Shown: positions 57,373 through 59,499 of the stretch, piece by piece | How the letters are laid out: each line of letters opens with the position of its first letter | How positions within the stretch are numbered: the stretch's first letter is position 1 | DNA from: a virus | Lineage: Duplodnaviria; Caudoviricetes | DNA length: 59,499 bases | Virus record (IMG/VR): IMGVR_UViG_3300000123_000002 | Location: 1-59,499 of that record | Direction: 5' to 3' (one strand) | Notes under the pieces: model-generated | Databases searched by the model: none | What the model saw: only the letters and a program-made list of their open reading frames with translations | Told to the model about the DNA's origin: nothing | Program-made: the position numbers and the translations under genes

Positions 57373-57692
57373 TGACAGAATCTGATATTGAACAGGAAGT
57401 AATTCGTAATCCAAGAATATGCATAATTGGTGGTTTAGGTTCATCTACTGAAGCTATAAGAGAATTACTTAAAGCTAAAAATATTGATTTAGTCGAGATA
57501 CCTGAACAAGCCGATGCAACAGTTGAAGCAGGTTGGGTTGCAGAACATCTACCGCCAACAATAGTTATTGATCATTTAAGTATGATTGATAATATTCCTG
57601 ATTGTACTAGTGCCGATTACGATGATGGTAAGCAACATTGGCGTGGCGGTAAACCCGGCCGTAAAGGTAAAATCAAATACGAAAGAAGGTAA
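57372..57692 (+). CDS. Hypothetical protein
   Basis: TAATG overlap; basic C-terminus WRGGKPGRKGK. Confidence 0.6.
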   Translation: MTESDIEQEVIRNPRICIIGGLGSSTEAIRELLKAKNIDLVEIPEQADATVEAGWVAEHLPPTIVIDHLSMIDNIPDCTSADYDDGKQHWRGGKPGRKGKIKYERR

Positions 57693-57694
57693 TA

Positions 57695-58195
57695 ATGAAA
57701 ACTACTCTTGATAAAATCAAAAATTACATAAAAGTGAACAAGTACTTTTTATTAGGTCTTGTGGTAGCAGCTATTATAGTTGCTTCAGGATTTAGTCATA
57801 AGATGTACAAGATTAATCAGTGCAACTCTACAGTAACAAAGTATGTAACAGCTGAGTTCAGTGAGACTACTTATGGTATGGACTTTGAGGGCAACCCAAC
57901 ATCTGATACATCTTATTGGTCTGAACCTGCAAGTGAAGTTAATTCAATATCAGTGTACGACTCAATGCCTGAATACCCTCCAATGCCTATTCATGATACA
58001 TCGGCTAACAGAGACTCCGATTTTGATAACTTCAAATTTCATACAGATGCTAAAACTGATGTTTATGCTTCAATACCTGGAGAGACTACACATTTCAGTG
58101 TGGACATAAATAAAGCTGCAAGCTGCTTAAATAAGCTTGATGATGTGGCTATAGTGAAAACTTGGTACACAATAACTTATGGCAGTGACTTTTAA
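57695..58195 (+). CDS. Membrane-anchored hypothetical protein
   Basis: One N-terminal hydrophobic helix. Confidence 0.65.
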   Translation: MKTTLDKIKNYIKVNKYFLLGLVVAAIIVASGFSHKMYKINQCNSTVTKYVTAEFSETTYGMDFEGNPTSDTSYWSEPASEVNSISVYDSMPEYPPMPIHDTSANRDSDFDNFKFHTDAKTDVYASIPGETTHFSVDINKAASCLNKLDDVAIVKTWYTITYGSDF

Positions 58196-58327
58196 CTGAG
58201 GTTTATATGAATAAAGCATTCAAACTAAAATCTATACTGATCACAAAAAAGAAGTTTAAGTGTGACGACTGTAAAGATAACCACTCACGTTGCTACTGTT
58301 TAGCAGCTTAAATTATAGGAAACCTTA

Positions 58328-59281
58328 ATGAACAAAACAATTATAACAAGAGTAGCTACCGTTACTTGTATTCAGGCCAGCCGATGTGCATTAACAGGTA
58401 AAAAAATTTTTACACTTGAATGTGAATACCCTCGTGCTATTCATGCCCAACTACTAACACACAAAGTGTTTGGTAAAAACTCGAGTTCTACTCGTGCTGT
58501 TCCCTTAGAAGCAGCTATTAAACAAATTTTAGACAATCCTGCCAAAGTTATTTGGACAACAAACCAAGCCGGTATGCAAGGTGCTGTAGTAACAGACCAG
58601 CAACAGCTTGAAGGTGCTGACCGTTTAATGAACATGGCTAAAAACAACATGATTCAAATTGCTCGAAGCCTATCTTCAACACGCAGTTGGGGTCAAAACA
58701 TCCATAAGCAAAATGCTGGTCGTTTACTTGAACCATTCCAGAATATCAAGATTGTTCTTACATCTACTGAATGGGAAAACTGGGATTGGTTACGTATCCA
58801 CAAAGATGCTCAAGGTGAAATTGCCGATTTAGCTACTGCAATGAAAGAAGCTCGTGATACAGCTGAAATTATGGAGTTACAGCCTGGCGAATGGCATGTA
58901 CCTTACGTTAAACGTGATCATGATGCAGATACAGGAGAAATAATTTACTACACGGATGACAGTGCTCAAGAGCTTACTGTTGAACAAGCTAAACTTATTT
59001 CTATGTCTGTTTGTGCTCAAACCTCATACCGTAAAGCTGATCACTCACTAGATAAAGCTATCAAAATGAAAGGTATGCTTGTAGATGGTCATAAAGTTCA
59101 TGCAAGTCCATTTGAGCATCAAGCTACACCTATTCCTGCATTTGAATGGAATGCTACTTCTGAGTGGCCTGAAGGTGTAACTCACATGCGTAGAGATTAC
59201 TCTTTCGGTTCTGGTAACCTTGTTGGTTGGATTCAACATCGTCAGCTTATCAAAAATCATGACGGTGCCAACATAACATAA
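58328..59281 (+). CDS. thyX: Flavin-dependent thymidylate synthase (ThyX/Thy1, phage type)
   Basis: YPRAIHAQLLTHKVFGKNSSSTRA, HKQNAGRLLEP, CAQTSY and HASPFEHQA. Confidence 0.8.
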   Translation: MNKTIITRVATVTCIQASRCALTGKKIFTLECEYPRAIHAQLLTHKVFGKNSSSTRAVPLEAAIKQILDNPAKVIWTTNQAGMQGAVVTDQQQLEGADRLMNMAKNNMIQIARSLSSTRSWGQNIHKQNAGRLLEPFQNIKIVLTSTEWENWDWLRIHKDAQGEIADLATAMKEARDTAEIMELQPGEWHVPYVKRDHDADTGEIIYYTDDSAQELTVEQAKLISMSVCAQTSYRKADHSLDKAIKMKGMLVDGHKVHASPFEHQATPIPAFEWNATSEWPEGVTHMRRDYSFGSGNLVGWIQHRQLIKNHDGANIT

Positions 59282-59296
59282 TACTAAATATTGATG

Positions 59297-59322
59297 GTGG
59301 TTCATCCAGTTCCACCTTTTAA
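59297..59322 (+). terminator. Probable terminator
   Basis: GGTGG...CCACC hairpin followed by TTTT. Confidence 0.45.
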
Positions 59323-59338
59323 CTAACATGGTGGGTAT

Positions 59339-59499
59339 ATGAATGATTCTGAAATAGTAATAGGCGATACGATAAAAGTTATAGATAACGGTAAACAGTA
59401 CACATGTTCGCGTGGATGGGCTAGGAACATTAAGCTGTCTAATTACGATCAGCGTGACATTCCTGAAGGGGTAGAAGGTGTTGTCACTTGGGCAGGACC
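59339..59499 (+). CDS. Partial hypothetical ORF running off the right edge
   Basis: MNDSEIVIGDTIKVIDNGKQY... open to the end of the window. Confidence 0.55.
   Translation, partial: MNDSEIVIGDTIKVIDNGKQYTCSRGWARNIKLSNYDQRDIPEGVEGVVTWAG

Noticed and set aside
38055-59329. Minus-strand ORFs in the early/middle block (e.g. 39044-39385, 48754-49098, 55020-55385)
   Set aside because: Antisense to well-supported plus-strand genes
1-59499. CRISPR array, tRNA genes, integrase or transposase, diversity-generating retroelement
   Set aside because: No regularly spaced repeats, cloverleaves, recombinase or RT motifs were seen by eye; a tRNAscan/CRISPR scan would be needed to be certain

Overview
The window is AT-rich dsDNA phage sequence with the architecture of an N4-like phage (Schitoviridae-like). 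The host is probably a marine gammaproteobacterium, which is an inference. Positions 1-34.6 kb are a minus-strand late/virion block. It opens with a >1260-codon ORF that runs off the left edge and is missing from the ORF track (probable virion RNA polymerase). It continues with ejection/structural genes, major capsid, portal, several tail/receptor-binding proteins, a lysis cassette and the terminase genes. The strand switches at about 34.6-34.9 kb, where there is a GAA-triloop hairpin resembling an N4 virion-RNAP promoter; this is probably the junction of the genome ends. Positions 34.9-59.5 kb are a plus-strand early/middle block of many small ORFs plus a split T7-like RNA polymerase (RNAP1 and RNAP2), macro-domain, SLOG/YspA, endonuclease VII-like, CCA-adding, class II aldolase-like and ThyX-like genes. 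The most unusual signals are: (1) a ~430-nt highly structured intergenic region (56.7-57.1 kb) with group I intron P7-like elements in reversed order and a perfect 19-bp stem; (2) a mini-protein ending in a PEP-CTERM sorting signal, coupled to a secreted protein; (3) an endolysin split exactly at an in-phase A_AAA_AAG slippery site; (4) a degenerate terminase-ATPase-like ORF between TerS and TerL; (5) four mini-proteins behind the portal sharing a GLA motif. All calls come from reading motifs and synteny by eye; no database search or folding program was run.
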